Positions 1 to 9,692 are shown, numbered from the stretch's first letter. The stretch is 64,000 nucleotides of DNA from Gaiellales bacterium (GCA_038213135.1 JBBQTQ010000001.1:2895-66894), one strand, 5' to 3'. Made by a program: numbers and translations. Notes: generated by a model from the letters alone, not told the origin.

Positions 1-657
1 GTAATGCATTGCCGCGAGTTGCCGCGTGAGCTGCGCGACCACGGGGCTCGTCGAGCCGTACGCGAGCCGCGGCGGCACGAGGTCGACCGCGAGCGTCTTC
101 GAGAGCGTCAGATAGCCCGGCCGTGGCACGCTCAGCACCTTGATCTGGAAGCCGCCGAGCTCGCGTGTCGAGATCGGCACGGTCGCCGGGTGGTAGTAGA
201 CGGTGCTGGAGTCGGGCTTGCCCGCGCGAACTACGGAGATCCGCAGGATGCCGGCCCCCTCGGGCTGGAGCGCGGCGCGCAGGACGAGCTTGCTGCCGAC
301 GATTCGCTGCCCGATCAGCGATGTCTGGAGCAGCGGCTGCAGGCGAACCGTGAGCGGCGCCGAGTTGACGTCGCGCCAGGCGACGTGGAAGGGGCCGGGG
401 CTCCCGACCCGCAGGCGGATCACGTACGTGCCATCGCCGCGCAGAGCAGTCCTCTTGACGAGACGCGAGCCGTTGTACAGCCGGATCGTCGCGCCGGCCG
501 TCGCCGGAATCAGGCGCCCCGCGAAATAGATCTTGCGGCCGAACGCGGTCGAGGCCGGCGCCTTGATCGTCAGCGTCGCGCTCTCGGCCAGTGCGCTCGC
601 GGGCCAGGCGAGGACGACGAGGGCGATCAGCAGGAGCTTACGCACGGCCGAGAGCAT
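1..657 (-). CDS. secreted protein, N-terminal part only (3' end lies left of the window)
   Basis: Absent from the ORF track because there is no stop in the window. A minus-strand ATG at 657, 9 nt after the CPBP stop, opens MLSAVRKLLLIALVVLAWPASALAESATLTIKAP, a typical signal peptide. The frame stays open to position 1 and ends ...YGSTSPVVAQLTRQLAAMHY, which resembles the start of a peptidoglycan-binding repeat. Confidence 0.6.
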   Translation of the reverse strand, partial: MLSAVRKLLLIALVVLAWPASALAESATLTIKAPASTAFGRKIYFAGRLIPATAGATIRLYNGSRLVKRTALRGDGTYVIRLRVGSPGPFHVAWRDVNSAPLTVRLQPLLQTSLIGQRIVGSKLVLRAALQPEGAGILRISVVRAGKPDSSTVYYHPATVPISTRELGGFQIKVLSVPRPGYLTLSKTLAVDLVPPRLAYGSTSPVVAQLTRQLAAMHY

Positions 658-666
658 AGTCTGGCC

Positions 667-1314
667 TCAGGTCGTAACGGAAACGAGCAGCGCGATCGCG
701 TTGAACGCGCCGTGCAGGATCATCCCCGGATAGACGCTGCCCGAGCGGCTGCGCACGATCGCCAGCCCGATCCCGAACGCCACGAGGATCGGCAGTCCCT
801 GTACGAGCCCGTGGGCGAGTCCGAAAAGGAGCCCCGTCGTGAGAATCGCCGGCCAGGTCCCGAACCGCTCGAGCAGCGAGTAGCCGAGGCCGCGGAAGGT
901 GAGCTCCTCGACGATCGGCGCCACGACGGCGATCACCACGAAGTTCGTGACGAAGGCCGAGGCGTGACTCGACTGCCAACCGGCCGGCGTGAGTCCTTGC
1001 TCGCGGCCCGCGTGCAGCCAGCGGTCGACGATCGACCCGAACACGTAGACCGCGATCAGGACTAGCAGCGCGATTCCTAGTGCCTGCGGCCAGGAGCTCG
1101 GGCGGCGTAGCGCCAGCAGCTCGCGCAGGCGCGGCCCGCTGGCGATCGCGAGCACGATTCCGATCACGAACGCGTACTCGACGAGTCCGCTGACCGCGAG
1201 CGTGTAGTGGTAGACGACGTTTCGCTCCGGCTTCCCGCCGGCTGCGCGGCCCGCGTACGAGATCAGGATCAGCGCCGAGACGAGGCTCGACCAGCCGAGC
1301 AGCTTCCCGTTCAC
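667..1314 (-). CDS. CPBP family intramembrane metalloprotease (CAAX-protease-like)
   Basis: 215 aa and polytopic. It has the family motifs EExxxR (IVEELTFRG), FxxxH (FGLAHG) and HxxxN (HGAFN). Confidence 0.85.
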   Translation of the reverse strand: MNGKLLGWSSLVSALILISYAGRAAGGKPERNVVYHYTLAVSGLVEYAFVIGIVLAIASGPRLRELLALRRPSSWPQALGIALLVLIAVYVFGSIVDRWLHAGREQGLTPAGWQSSHASAFVTNFVVIAVVAPIVEELTFRGLGYSLLERFGTWPAILTTGLLFGLAHGLVQGLPILVAFGIGLAIVRSRSGSVYPGMILHGAFNAIALLVSVTT

Positions 1315-1329
1315 GCGCCTGCGCCCAGG

Positions 1330-2187
1330 TCAGCGAATCGCATCGGGGTGCAGCAGCCGTGCGATCTCGAGCAGCGCCTGGCCAACGAGCGGGCCGGGCC
1401 GGAGGAGACCCGAATCGATCAGATACACGCGACCCTGGATGACGGCCTTCAGCTTGCGTGTGCGCGCATCCTTCTTCAGGTCGGCCGGGGCGGTGCCGCT
1501 GTCGGAGGTCAGGAGGTAGACGTCGGGATCGGCCTGGATCAGCTGCGTCAGGTCGAACGGACCCGAGCCCGGGCTCGAGCCGGCGACGTTGCGACCGTGC
1601 GCCTCGCGGATCAGGTCACCGGCGAGCGACTGGTCCGAGACCGTCGTGAAGAAGCCCGTGTCGACGAAGACGCTGGCGACCGGCACGTGCCTGAGCGCCT
1701 TCGCGACGGTATGGCCCTTTGCCTCGATCGCTCGCACGAGCTCCCGCGCCTGGACAGGCTTGTTCGTGAAGTGCCCGAGGTCCGTGATCGAACGCTCGAC
1801 GTCACGGATCGAATCGCCGTGCGCCTGGTAGACCTGCGCGTGGGTCGACTGAGCCGCCTTCGAGAGCTGGCGATCGCTCGTCGAGGCGGTCGCCACGATC
1901 AGATCCGGCTTCAGGCGGGCGAGCAGGCGCAGCCGGATGTCCCCGTTCCCGTCCACCGGCTGGCCAACGATCTGAGGTGCGGCACCGAGGGCGACGATGA
2001 TCTGGCGCGGCCCCGCGCCGATCACCGCGATCCGCCGGGCCGCTGCCCGGACGACGAGCGGACGGTCGGTGCCGGTCTGAACCGTGACCGGGTAGAGAGG
2101 CGCCGCCGCCCCTGTCGGCTCCCCGCGCTCCCCGCAGGCGGTCGCCAGCAGCGCGACGGCCACGGCGACGACGGCTAGGCGACCCAT
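1330..2187 (-). CDS. ABC-transporter periplasmic binding protein, TroA/BtuF-FhuD-like (probable lipoprotein)
   Basis: This is the C-terminal 285 aa of track ORF 1330..3252. The ATG at 2187 gives MGRLAVVAVAVALLATAC (signal + Cys), followed by RIAVIGAGP...LKPDLIV, typical of cluster-A siderophore/cobalamin binding proteins. The start overlaps the upstream gene stop by 13 nt; an ATG at 2202 is an alternative. Confidence 0.8.
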   Translation of the reverse strand: MGRLAVVAVAVALLATACGERGEPTGAAAPLYPVTVQTGTDRPLVVRAAARRIAVIGAGPRQIIVALGAAPQIVGQPVDGNGDIRLRLLARLKPDLIVATASTSDRQLSKAAQSTHAQVYQAHGDSIRDVERSITDLGHFTNKPVQARELVRAIEAKGHTVAKALRHVPVASVFVDTGFFTTVSDQSLAGDLIREAHGRNVAGSSPGSGPFDLTQLIQADPDVYLLTSDSGTAPADLKKDARTRKLKAVIQGRVYLIDSGLLRPGPLVGQALLEIARLLHPDAIR

Positions 2188-3428
2188 TGCCACAGGGCCC
2201 ATTGCACCACGGCGACGCCGAGCAGGAGCGAGCTGACCGCAACGACGGCGGTGTGGACGCGCGGGCGGCCGCCGACCGCCGCCAGCGCGAGGAAGAACGG
2301 AAAGACGACGAGGCCGAAACGGGGCAGCGAGAGCAGCGGCCAGCGCGTGCTCGGCACGGAGAGCGGCAATGCCAGGCTGATCGCCGCGAACAGTCCGTAC
2401 GGCGCTCCGAACCGGCGCCAGACGAGAGTGGCGAGCCAGATGAAGAGGACGAGGAAGGCGAAGTTCTCGAGGTTGACTCCTGCCACGTGGAACGGGTCGA
2501 TGTTGCGATCCGGCACGGCGGACCAGTAGCGATGCGTGTGCGACCCGCTCACGAGTTGCTCCACGCCCGCCCAGGCGGCGCGGGCGCCGTCCCAGATTCC
2601 GCCGAGCGGGCCGCCGGCCGAGAGGTGCCGGTGCCAGAGCCCCTGCGCGCGAGCGAACCCCCACGCGTCGCCGGTCTGCAGCCAGAGCACGAGCGGATAG
2701 ACGGAGAAGATCGCGGCGGGCAGGGCAAGCCCGGCGAGGGCGCGCCGCCGGTCGGGAGAGCGCCAGGCCATGACGGCCAAGGCCGGCAAGAGCGCGACAC
2801 CGGCGATGCGGGTCAGCACCGCCAACCCAGCCGTGCTCCAAGCGAGCGTCCAGCGCCGCCGCTCGGCAAAGAGGAACGCGACGAGCGTCAGCAGCAGGTA
2901 GAGCGACTCGCTGTAGACAGCCTGCAGGAAGAGGCTCATCGGAAAGACCGCGAGGTACAAGACGGCGCGCCGTGCCCCGTCGACACCGAGGCGTTCCTCG
3001 GCCAGCCGGTGCAGCAGAGAGAAGGAGCCGAGCGCAGCCGCGAGCGAGAGCAGTAGTCCGGCGAGCACGTAGTGGCCGCCGAGAACGTGGCCGAAGAGCC
3101 AGAGCGCGCCAGGATAGAGAGGGTAGAACGCGGACGCCGCACCGGCGACGGCGCCGTAGCCGTGCTGTGCGATCTGGACGAACCAGGTGCTGTCCCAGCG
3201 CGCCCAGACGTCGGTGAGGTAGCCGAGATCGTGGATCCACGGCCGGTCCCAAACCGCAGCGCGTGGGTGGCGGTTCGGCTCGAAAACGACGAACGCGAAA
3301 AGCGCCGCCGCCCAGATCGCCGTCCGGCTCCAGACGAAAATCTCCGGCACAGGAGCTCTCGCGTCGGGCACCCCCAACTCGGGTCGGCGTACACGCGGCT
3401 CCCCAAGTCGCTGCACGGCGGCGATCAT
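2175..3428 (-). CDS. polytopic GT-C-fold glycosyl/mannosyltransferase (PIG-V-like)
   Basis: The membrane part of track ORF 2175..3794 has about 10 TM helices. The N-terminal loop DVWARWDSTWFVQIAQHGY resembles bacterial PIG-V-type mannosyltransferases. The upstream 122 codons of the track ORF are antisense to the DUF2203 gene and were discarded. An ATG at 3428 was chosen; in-frame GTGs slightly downstream are also possible. Confidence 0.7.
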   Translation of the reverse strand: MIAAVQRLGEPRVRRPELGVPDARAPVPEIFVWSRTAIWAAALFAFVVFEPNRHPRAAVWDRPWIHDLGYLTDVWARWDSTWFVQIAQHGYGAVAGAASAFYPLYPGALWLFGHVLGGHYVLAGLLLSLAAALGSFSLLHRLAEERLGVDGARRAVLYLAVFPMSLFLQAVYSESLYLLLTLVAFLFAERRRWTLAWSTAGLAVLTRIAGVALLPALAVMAWRSPDRRRALAGLALPAAIFSVYPLVLWLQTGDAWGFARAQGLWHRHLSAGGPLGGIWDGARAAWAGVEQLVSGSHTHRYWSAVPDRNIDPFHVAGVNLENFAFLVLFIWLATLVWRRFGAPYGLFAAISLALPLSVPSTRWPLLSLPRFGLVVFPFFLALAAVGGRPRVHTAVVAVSSLLLGVAVVQWALWQWVA

Positions 3429-3434
3429 ACGTCG

Positions 3435-3833
3435 GTGGCCGATCGCTACTTCACCGTCGAGGAGGCAAATGCCCTGCTCTCGGAGGTGCGCCCGCTGGCC
3501 GAGCGGATGGTCGAGCACCGCCGCGCTCTGAGCGCCGCGCTCGAGCGGCAGGAGGAGCTGACGCGGAAGGTGTCCGGGAACGGCGGCGGTCTGCCGACCG
3601 ACGGGCCGGCCGAGATCCAGGAAGCGATCGAGCGCGAGGCGACCGGCATCGCGGAGTGCCTGAACGAGATCCAAGAGCTCGGGGCGCAGGTCAAGGACCT
3701 CGATACCGGCCTGCTCGACTTTCCCGCCTTGCGCGATGGCGAGGAGATTCTCCTCTGCTGGCACCTCGGCGAAGACGAGATCCAGTTCTTCCACGGGCTC
3801 GAGGACGGCTTCGCCGGCAGGCAGCCGCTCTAA
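3435..3833 (+). CDS. DUF2203 family protein
   Basis: A GTG at 3435 gives (M)ADRYFTVEEANALLSEVRPLAERMVEH...GEEILLCWHLGEDEIQFFH, the DUF2203 pattern. It is 132 aa and divergent from the GT-C gene with only 6 bp between the starts. Confidence 0.7.
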   Translation: MADRYFTVEEANALLSEVRPLAERMVEHRRALSAALERQEELTRKVSGNGGGLPTDGPAEIQEAIEREATGIAECLNEIQELGAQVKDLDTGLLDFPALRDGEEILLCWHLGEDEIQFFHGLEDGFAGRQPL

Positions 3834-3953
3834 AACAGCCCCTTTCAGAACGAAGCCTTGTGCCGTCGCGCCGCGCTGAGCGCCGCGTGACGGCGAAGCG
3901 TCACTCCTAAAGCCGCTCTAAGGAAACCCCCGCCCACCGTCGAACAAACGGCC

Positions 3954-4694
3954 ATGCCCTGGTGGGAGAGATTGGCGATCGTCGTTGGCGTCATCCTCGC
4001 GAGTGCGCTGCTCGCAAAGCTGATCGACCTGCGGATGAGCCGCAAGACGCTCGCCGCCGGCGCCGAGACGCGTTACCGCGTGCTGCGTCGGAGCATCATG
4101 GTCTCGATCATCGCGGTCGGGCTTATCTCCTCGTTGCTCGTGATCCCTGCCGTGCGCGTGCTGGCCGGCGGCATCCTCGCGTCCTCCGCCGTACTCGGCG
4201 TGATCCTCGGCTTCGCCGCGCAGCGGACGCTGGCGAACTTCGCGGCGGGGCTCCTGATCGCCTTCACGCAGCCCGTTCGTCTCGGTGACCGGGTCGCCGT
4301 CGACGGTGAGGACGGCGTGGTCGAGGAGATCGGCCTCGTCTACACGTTCATTCGCGCCGACGACAACACGAGGCTCGTGATCCCGAACGAGAAGCTGGCC
4401 TCGGATACCATCCGCAACTCGACCATCGTCAGCCGGGAAACGCTGGCCCAGGTAACCGTGCAAGTTCCGCTCACAACTGATCTCGAGGACGTCGTCGGCG
4501 TGTTGCGCAAGGAGCTTGCCGACGAGCGCGAGCCGCAGGCGTTCGTGAGCGCGCTCGACGGGAATGCGACGATCACCCTGAGGGCCTGGGCGCCGAGCGG
4601 GGCCGCTGCCGAACAGCTCGAGTCCGATCTCCGCGTGCGCGTGCACGCGCGTCTGCGCGAGCATGGACTTTGGAATGGCGAACAAGCTGCCTGA
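3954..4694 (+). CDS. small-conductance mechanosensitive channel (MscS family)
   Basis: 246 aa with TM helices, then the pore/beta-domain signature GFAAQRTLANFAAGLLIAFTQPVRLGDRVAVDG..G.VEEIGLVYT. Confidence 0.85.
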   Translation: MPWWERLAIVVGVILASALLAKLIDLRMSRKTLAAGAETRYRVLRRSIMVSIIAVGLISSLLVIPAVRVLAGGILASSAVLGVILGFAAQRTLANFAAGLLIAFTQPVRLGDRVAVDGEDGVVEEIGLVYTFIRADDNTRLVIPNEKLASDTIRNSTIVSRETLAQVTVQVPLTTDLEDVVGVLRKELADEREPQAFVSALDGNATITLRAWAPSGAAAEQLESDLRVRVHARLREHGLWNGEQAA

Positions 4695-4745
4695 GCTGGG
4701 ACCGCGTGCCTGGCTTCAGCCTGGCACACACGTGGTGACTGCAGC

Positions 4746-7025
4746 TTGAGCCCCAAGTCGCGCCGCCCGTCCCAGGACGACCTGATCGCCGCGAGCCACC
4801 GCAGGCGCCGCAGCCGCACGCGCCTCAAGGGCCGGACCAAGCGCCGCCGCAACGTCCTGATCACTCTCTTCGCCTTCCTGCTCGGAGTGCCGGCGCTGCT
4901 CGTGGTTGCGGGCTTCACCGCGGCAGCCGCGTTCCAGGCGAGCTGCACGCTCTCCTCGCTGCACCCGGTCACGATCGGCCAGAACTCGTTCGTCTACGCC
5001 GCCGACGGCTCGCTGCTCGGGGCGATTCCGGCCGAGCTGAACCGGCAGCCGATCAGCCTCAAGCAGATCAACCCGTGGATGGTCAAGGCCGTGATCTCGG
5101 TCGAGGACAAGCGCTTCTACCAGCACGGCGGTATCGACTACGAGGGCATCCTGAGAGCGGCCTTGAAGGACCTGACCGCCGGGAAGCTCGTCGAGGGCGG
5201 CTCGACCCTGACGCAGCAGCTCGTCCGCAACCTCTACATCTCGCGCGAGCGGACGTTCCAGCGAAAGATCAAGGAGGCCTGCCTGGCGATCAAGCTCAGC
5301 CGCCACTGGTCGAAGAGCCGGATCCTCGATTCCTGGATGAACCAGGTCTACTTCGGGAACCACGCCTACGGGATCGAGGCCGCGGCGCAGACCTATTTCT
5401 CGAGGCACGCCCGCAACCTGACCTTCCGGGAGGCGGCACTCCTCGCCGGTCTACCGCAGGCACCGTCGGTCTACGACCCCTTCCACCGACCGGCGGACGC
5501 GCTCGGGCGCCGCGACGAGGTGCTGAAGGCGATGCTCGACAACCACGTGATCGGCTACGGGCAGTACATCTCCGCGGTCTCCGACCGCAACCTCGGCTTG
5601 CACGCCGGACGCCTTTACACCCAGATCCGCGAGCCGTACTTCTTTAGCTTCGTCCGCGACCAGCTGATCAACGAGTACGGCGCGAGCACCGTTCGCTCCG
5701 GTGGCTTGCGTGTCTACACGACGATCGACCCGCGCTTCCAGCGGTTGGCGCGGAAGGCGATCCGGGACACGCTCTATCTGCGCAACGACCCGGCGGCCGC
5801 CCTCGTCGCGATCAATCCGGCCAACGGCGCAATCCGCGCGATGACGGCCGTCACGCCCGGGAGGTCCGGGAACCAGTTCAACATCGTCGCGCAGGCGCGC
5901 CGGCAGGCGGGATCGACCTTCAAGACCTTCGTCCTGACTGAGGCGATCGCGCAGGGGATCAATCCCGCGACGACGACCTACGTCTCCGCGCCGTTCCACT
6001 ACCAACCGAACCCGAACTACCCGGCCTGGGACGTCTCGACCTACAGCCACACCTACGCGGGGCCGATCACGGTCGAGCAGGCGACGCTCCACTCGGACAA
6101 CACAGTCTACGCGCAGCTGACGCTCGACGTGGGGCCGGCGAACGTGGCGGCGATGGCGAAGAAGCTCGGCGTCCAGACGCCGCTGACGCCCGTGCCCTCG
6201 ATCGGCCTCGGCTCGCTCGCCGTGTCTCCGCTGGACATGGCCTCGGCGTACGCGACGATCGCGGCCGGTGGCGTCTACTCGAAGCCGATGGCGATCCGCA
6301 GGGTCGTGCTGGCGAACGGCAAGGCCGACGTGGACGCTCCCTGGGGCAAGCCCGACCAGAAGCGGGTGATTCCCGACGGGGTTGCCTATGCCGTGACGAA
6401 GATCCTCGAGGAGAACGTGCTCGGCGGCACGGGCGTGGCCGCGTACTTCGGCCGGCCGGCGGCGGGCAAGACGGGGACGACCGACAACCACGCGGACGCC
6501 TGGTTCTGCGGCTTCGTCCCCGACCTCGAGGCGACCGTCTGGGTGGGCTATCCCGCGGGCGAGATCCCGATGACGAACGTGCACGGGATCGCGGTCGCCG
6601 GCGGAACCTTCCCGGCAGAGATCTGGAACAAGTTCATGTCGGCGTCGCTGCGTTACTCGCCGGCACTGCAGTGGAAGCTGCCCAAGCACTTCCCCGTCTG
6701 GAAGCCGTTCAGCCCCGGGCCGTACGACCTCTTCTACACGCCATCCACCGGCACGACGACGACCTCGACGACCGCCACCACAAAGACCACGCGCAAGCCA
6801 GCGCAGACCCAGCCGACGTTCACGCTGTCGACTCCGAGCTCGACTCAGGCGCCGCCTCCGCCGCCTCCGACGACTGTTCTACCGCCGCCGACCACGGTAG
6901 CGCCGCCACCGCCGACGACCGCGCCGCCACCGCCGCCGCCGACGACCGCGCCGCCGCCACCACCGCCGCCGCCAACAGACACGACGCCGCCGACCACCAA
7001 CGGCACGACCACGCCCACGCCTTAG
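4746..7025 (+). CDS. ponA: class A penicillin-binding protein (bifunctional transglycosylase/transpeptidase) with Pro/Thr-rich C-terminal tail
   Basis: GT51 motifs EDKRFYQHGGID, GGSTLTQQ and RKIKE. Transpeptidase motifs STFK (SxxK), SDN (SxN) and KTGT. Basic N-terminus plus one TM. TTG start as in the track. Confidence 0.92.
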   Translation: MSPKSRRPSQDDLIAASHRRRRSRTRLKGRTKRRRNVLITLFAFLLGVPALLVVAGFTAAAAFQASCTLSSLHPVTIGQNSFVYAADGSLLGAIPAELNRQPISLKQINPWMVKAVISVEDKRFYQHGGIDYEGILRAALKDLTAGKLVEGGSTLTQQLVRNLYISRERTFQRKIKEACLAIKLSRHWSKSRILDSWMNQVYFGNHAYGIEAAAQTYFSRHARNLTFREAALLAGLPQAPSVYDPFHRPADALGRRDEVLKAMLDNHVIGYGQYISAVSDRNLGLHAGRLYTQIREPYFFSFVRDQLINEYGASTVRSGGLRVYTTIDPRFQRLARKAIRDTLYLRNDPAAALVAINPANGAIRAMTAVTPGRSGNQFNIVAQARRQAGSTFKTFVLTEAIAQGINPATTTYVSAPFHYQPNPNYPAWDVSTYSHTYAGPITVEQATLHSDNTVYAQLTLDVGPANVAAMAKKLGVQTPLTPVPSIGLGSLAVSPLDMASAYATIAAGGVYSKPMAIRRVVLANGKADVDAPWGKPDQKRVIPDGVAYAVTKILEENVLGGTGVAAYFGRPAAGKTGTTDNHADAWFCGFVPDLEATVWVGYPAGEIPMTNVHGIAVAGGTFPAEIWNKFMSASLRYSPALQWKLPKHFPVWKPFSPGPYDLFYTPSTGTTTTSTTATTKTTRKPAQTQPTFTLSTPSSTQAPPPPPPTTVLPPPTTVAPPPPTTAPPPPPPTTAPPPPPPPPTDTTPPTTNGTTTPTP
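6741..7022 (+). repeat. low-complexity Pro/Thr-rich coding repeat (PBP tail)
   Basis: Encodes PSTGTTTTSTTATTKTT...APPPPPPTTVLPPPTTVAPPPPTTAPPPPPPTTAPPPPPPPPTDTTPPTT. Reiterated ccgccgcc/acgacc units are visible at the DNA level. Confidence 0.8.
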
Positions 7026-7101
7026 CCTCGTCCTCGGGGCGGGGACGCTCGTTCTCGTCGCGGGTTGCGTCGCGGTCGCCTGGCCGCACGGCTCGACTCT
7101 C

Positions 7102-8226
7102 GTGCCCCGGAACGGCGGGCACCCGGTGGGCGATCCGTTCTGGGCGGAGCTCTTTCTCGGGTTCTCGGCAGGAGCCCTTCTTCTCTACGCAGCCGGCCTC
7201 TGGCTCGCGCGTCGCTTTGGTGTCGGACTCACCGCGGCGCTCGCACTTGCCGGGGCGATCCAGCTCGCGCCACTCGCAGCGCCGCTGCTCGTCTCGAGCG
7301 ACGCCTGGACGTACTGGGACTACGGGCGGATCGCCGCCGTTCACGGTGCAAACCCCTACCGGCTCGCGCCGAACGACTTCCCGTCTGACCCCGCGCTGCG
7401 GTGGGTCGGCGCCGGCTGGCGCGACACGACCTCGGTCTACGGGCCGGGCTTCACCCTCGCCTCCGAGCCGATCGCGGTCGCGGCGGGATCGTCCCCGGAG
7501 GCGGCCGCATGGATCTACAAGGCCCTGGCCGCCCTGGCTGTGCTCGCTGCGGCGCTCCTGGCGGCGCGTCTCTCTCCGCGACCCGCCTTCGCCGCCGCCT
7601 TCGTCGGGTGGAATCCGCTGCTCGCCCTGCATTTCGCGGGCGGTGGGCACAACGACGCATGGCTCGCCGCCCTGGTGCTGGTCGCGCTGTCGGCCGCCGC
7701 GAGCGGGCGCCGTGGCCTGGCCGGGGTGGCCTGGGCGGCGGCCGCGCTCGTGAAGTGGGTGCCCTTGTTGTTGCTGCCGCTGCGCGCGCTGGAGGCGCGG
7801 GCGCAGCAACGGCGGGTGAGCCATCTCGGGTTCGCCGTGACGGTGGTGGTCGTCGGTGCGGTCGCGACCTGGCAGTTCGGGTGGCACTGGCTGGAGGCGT
7901 TCGGCCCACTCGCGCGGAACGCGAACCACGAGACGAAGTTCGCCCTTCCGCACCGGCTCGAGAGTCTTGGATTGCCCCATCCCGGCGGCGTCGTCCTGAT
8001 GGCGGTCGCGTTCGGAGCGGCCTATCTGTGGCTGGCACGCTCGGCCTGGCGGGGCCGCGCTCGCCTGGGTCTCGCGATGGGCCTGCTGCTGCTCGCGACC
8101 CCTTGGCTCGTGCCCTGGTATGTCGTCTGGGCAGTGCCGCTCGCGGCTGCCGAGGACGACACGACCGCACAGCTCGTCTCGCTCGCGGCGTGCGTCTATC
8201 TGCTGCGGCAGGCCGTGCCGATCTAG
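7102..8226 (+). CDS. GT-C-fold polyprenol-phosphate-sugar-dependent glycosyltransferase (MptB/DUF2029-like)
   Basis: 374 aa and polytopic. The first extracytoplasmic loop SSDAWTYWDYGRIAAVHGANPY...SVYGP matches the Asp-containing loop motif of MptB/GT87-type mannosyltransferases. GTG start as in the track. Confidence 0.7.
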   Translation: MPRNGGHPVGDPFWAELFLGFSAGALLLYAAGLWLARRFGVGLTAALALAGAIQLAPLAAPLLVSSDAWTYWDYGRIAAVHGANPYRLAPNDFPSDPALRWVGAGWRDTTSVYGPGFTLASEPIAVAAGSSPEAAAWIYKALAALAVLAAALLAARLSPRPAFAAAFVGWNPLLALHFAGGGHNDAWLAALVLVALSAAASGRRGLAGVAWAAAALVKWVPLLLLPLRALEARAQQRRVSHLGFAVTVVVVGAVATWQFGWHWLEAFGPLARNANHETKFALPHRLESLGLPHPGGVVLMAVAFGAAYLWLARSAWRGRARLGLAMGLLLLATPWLVPWYVVWAVPLAAAEDDTTAQLVSLAACVYLLRQAVPI

Positions 8227-9692
8227 CCGCGGCGGAACACCAGCACTCCGTCCCGCTCGAAGACGATGCGCCAGTTCGGGTTGCGGCGCAGCGCGACGAG
8301 GTCGGTCGCCGCCGGCAGCGGCGAGATCCGGTCGAGATAGCTCATGCGCGTCTCGTCGACGGCGACCCAGGTCGCGTCCGACAGCTTCGGGAAGTTGAGG
8401 ATTCGGCGGCGGGCGGAAAGGTGCGCGCCCAGCGAGTTGGTGGCGCTGACGACCACGCCGTCCGGGACGAGATCGACGGCCTGCTGTGAGATCCGGTCGT
8501 GCCGGGTGAGCCTCGTTGCGGAGCGCCCGTAGGTCGAGCCGCCGGGCACGAGTCCCCAAAAGGGCAGCGCCCCGAGGTTCCAGTTGGCAACGAGCGCGAG
8601 CAGCACTGCCAGTGGCGCGACCCAGCCGCGGGTCCGAGGGATTCGCTTCGCCAGGGTTCCTGCACCCAGCACCGTCGCCGCGAGCAGCGGGGCGATCTCG
8701 CCCGCGGTGTAGTGGAAGTGGATCGAGCTCTGGGGCGACGCTCGGGAGAGCAGGTTCAGGGCGAGCTCGGGAACGGCGACGAGCGCCGCGGCGGGGGCGA
8801 ACGCCCAGAGGAAGCCGAGCGGCACGAGCAGCTGCCCGAGGTAGCGCAGCCCGTGCGAGTCGAACGCTTCGCCGAGCACGCGGATCGGGTGGGAGAAGAA
8901 CGTCCGCACGATACCGGCCGGCGAGCCGCCGACGTCCCGGTAGCGCGAGTAGAAGCTCGAGGCGGCTCCGTTGAAATGCGGTACGACCACCTTGATCGCG
9001 AGCACGGATGCGAGCACACCCGCGGCGAAGACCGCCCCGCCCGCCGCGCGACGCCGGTGCGAGAGCGCGTAACAGAGGCCCATCGCGGCGAGCACGAGCG
9101 GGATCTCTTCCTTCGTCAGCGCGGCGAGGACTCCGAAGATCGCGAACGGGACGAGCCGGTCCTCGTCGAGGTACCAGAAGGCGAAGAGCAATAGCGGGCA
9201 GGCGGGCGCGACGGGATGGAACTCGTTCAGCGTCAGCCACTCGGTTGCCGGGTAGAGGAGGTAGACGAGCGCGAAGCCGAGCCCGGCAGCCTCGCTGCCG
9301 AGGTGCTTCCGCGCGAGCCAGAAGACCGGCAATGCCCCGACCGCGACTGCGATCGCCTGCGCGGTGAGCAGCATGTCCGGGCTCGGCCAGAGCCACCAGA
9401 GCGGAGCGAAGAAGACGAGGATCACGTCGGTATGCGCGGCGAGCCGCGAGATCTGCTCGCCGGTCGTGCTCGTCACCTGGAGGAAGTGGCCGTGGGCCGT
9501 CGACCAGACGGCCTGCACCATGTTCCCCATGTCGAAGCGCCCCGTGTTGAACGCGTCGTGACGCTCGATCGAGAGGGCCGAGAAGCCAGCCGACCAGGCG
9601 CCGATCAGCGTCCAGAGGAGCGCGCGTGCAGGCAGGGCGATCCGCCCGACCGCGGCGACGCTCAGAGGAGTTGCTCGATCAGCGACCGCCAT
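8223..9692 (-). CDS. DUF2079 domain-containing polytopic membrane protein (GT-C clan)
   Basis: 489 aa from the ATG at 9692 (MAVADRATPL...). It has SIERHDAFNTGRFDMGNMVQAVWSTAHGH, typical of DUF2079, about 12 TM helices, and a soluble C-terminal domain. The start overlaps the GT4 stop by 31 nt. The track ORF extends further upstream, but only as antisense noise. Confidence 0.75.
   Translation of the reverse strand: MAVADRATPLSVAAVGRIALPARALLWTLIGAWSAGFSALSIERHDAFNTGRFDMGNMVQAVWSTAHGHFLQVTSTTGEQISRLAAHTDVILVFFAPLWWLWPSPDMLLTAQAIAVAVGALPVFWLARKHLGSEAAGLGFALVYLLYPATEWLTLNEFHPVAPACPLLLFAFWYLDEDRLVPFAIFGVLAALTKEEIPLVLAAMGLCYALSHRRRAAGGAVFAAGVLASVLAIKVVVPHFNGAASSFYSRYRDVGGSPAGIVRTFFSHPIRVLGEAFDSHGLRYLGQLLVPLGFLWAFAPAAALVAVPELALNLLSRASPQSSIHFHYTAGEIAPLLAATVLGAGTLAKRIPRTRGWVAPLAVLLALVANWNLGALPFWGLVPGGSTYGRSATRLTRHDRISQQAVDLVPDGVVVSATNSLGAHLSARRRILNFPKLSDATWVAVDETRMSYLDRISPLPAATDLVALRRNPNWRIVFERDGVLVFRRG

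Noticed and set aside
3862-3894. An imperfect GC hairpin (GCCGTC...GACGGC with an inner GCGC-tga-GCGC) between the DUF2203 and mscS genes, considered as a terminator.
   Set aside because: The stem has internal mismatches and no T-tract. Such palindromes are frequent in this GC-rich sequence, so support is insufficient for a feature call.
6840-6990. Reiterated ccgccgcc/acgacc units that at first look like a non-coding tandem repeat or array.
   Set aside because: They lie in frame within the PBP gene and encode a Pro/Thr linker. There is no spacer-repeat periodicity, so this is not a CRISPR array or a VNTR-type intergenic array.
7027-7101. A TM-like in-frame segment (LVLGAGTLVLVAGCVAVAW) upstream of the GTG start of the MptB-like GT-C gene.
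   Set aside because: There is no ATG/GTG/TTG in frame between the PBP stop region and 7102. The protein from 7102 already begins with a normal cytoplasmic tail plus TM1. Hydrophobic-looking translations arise easily by chance in GC-rich DNA.
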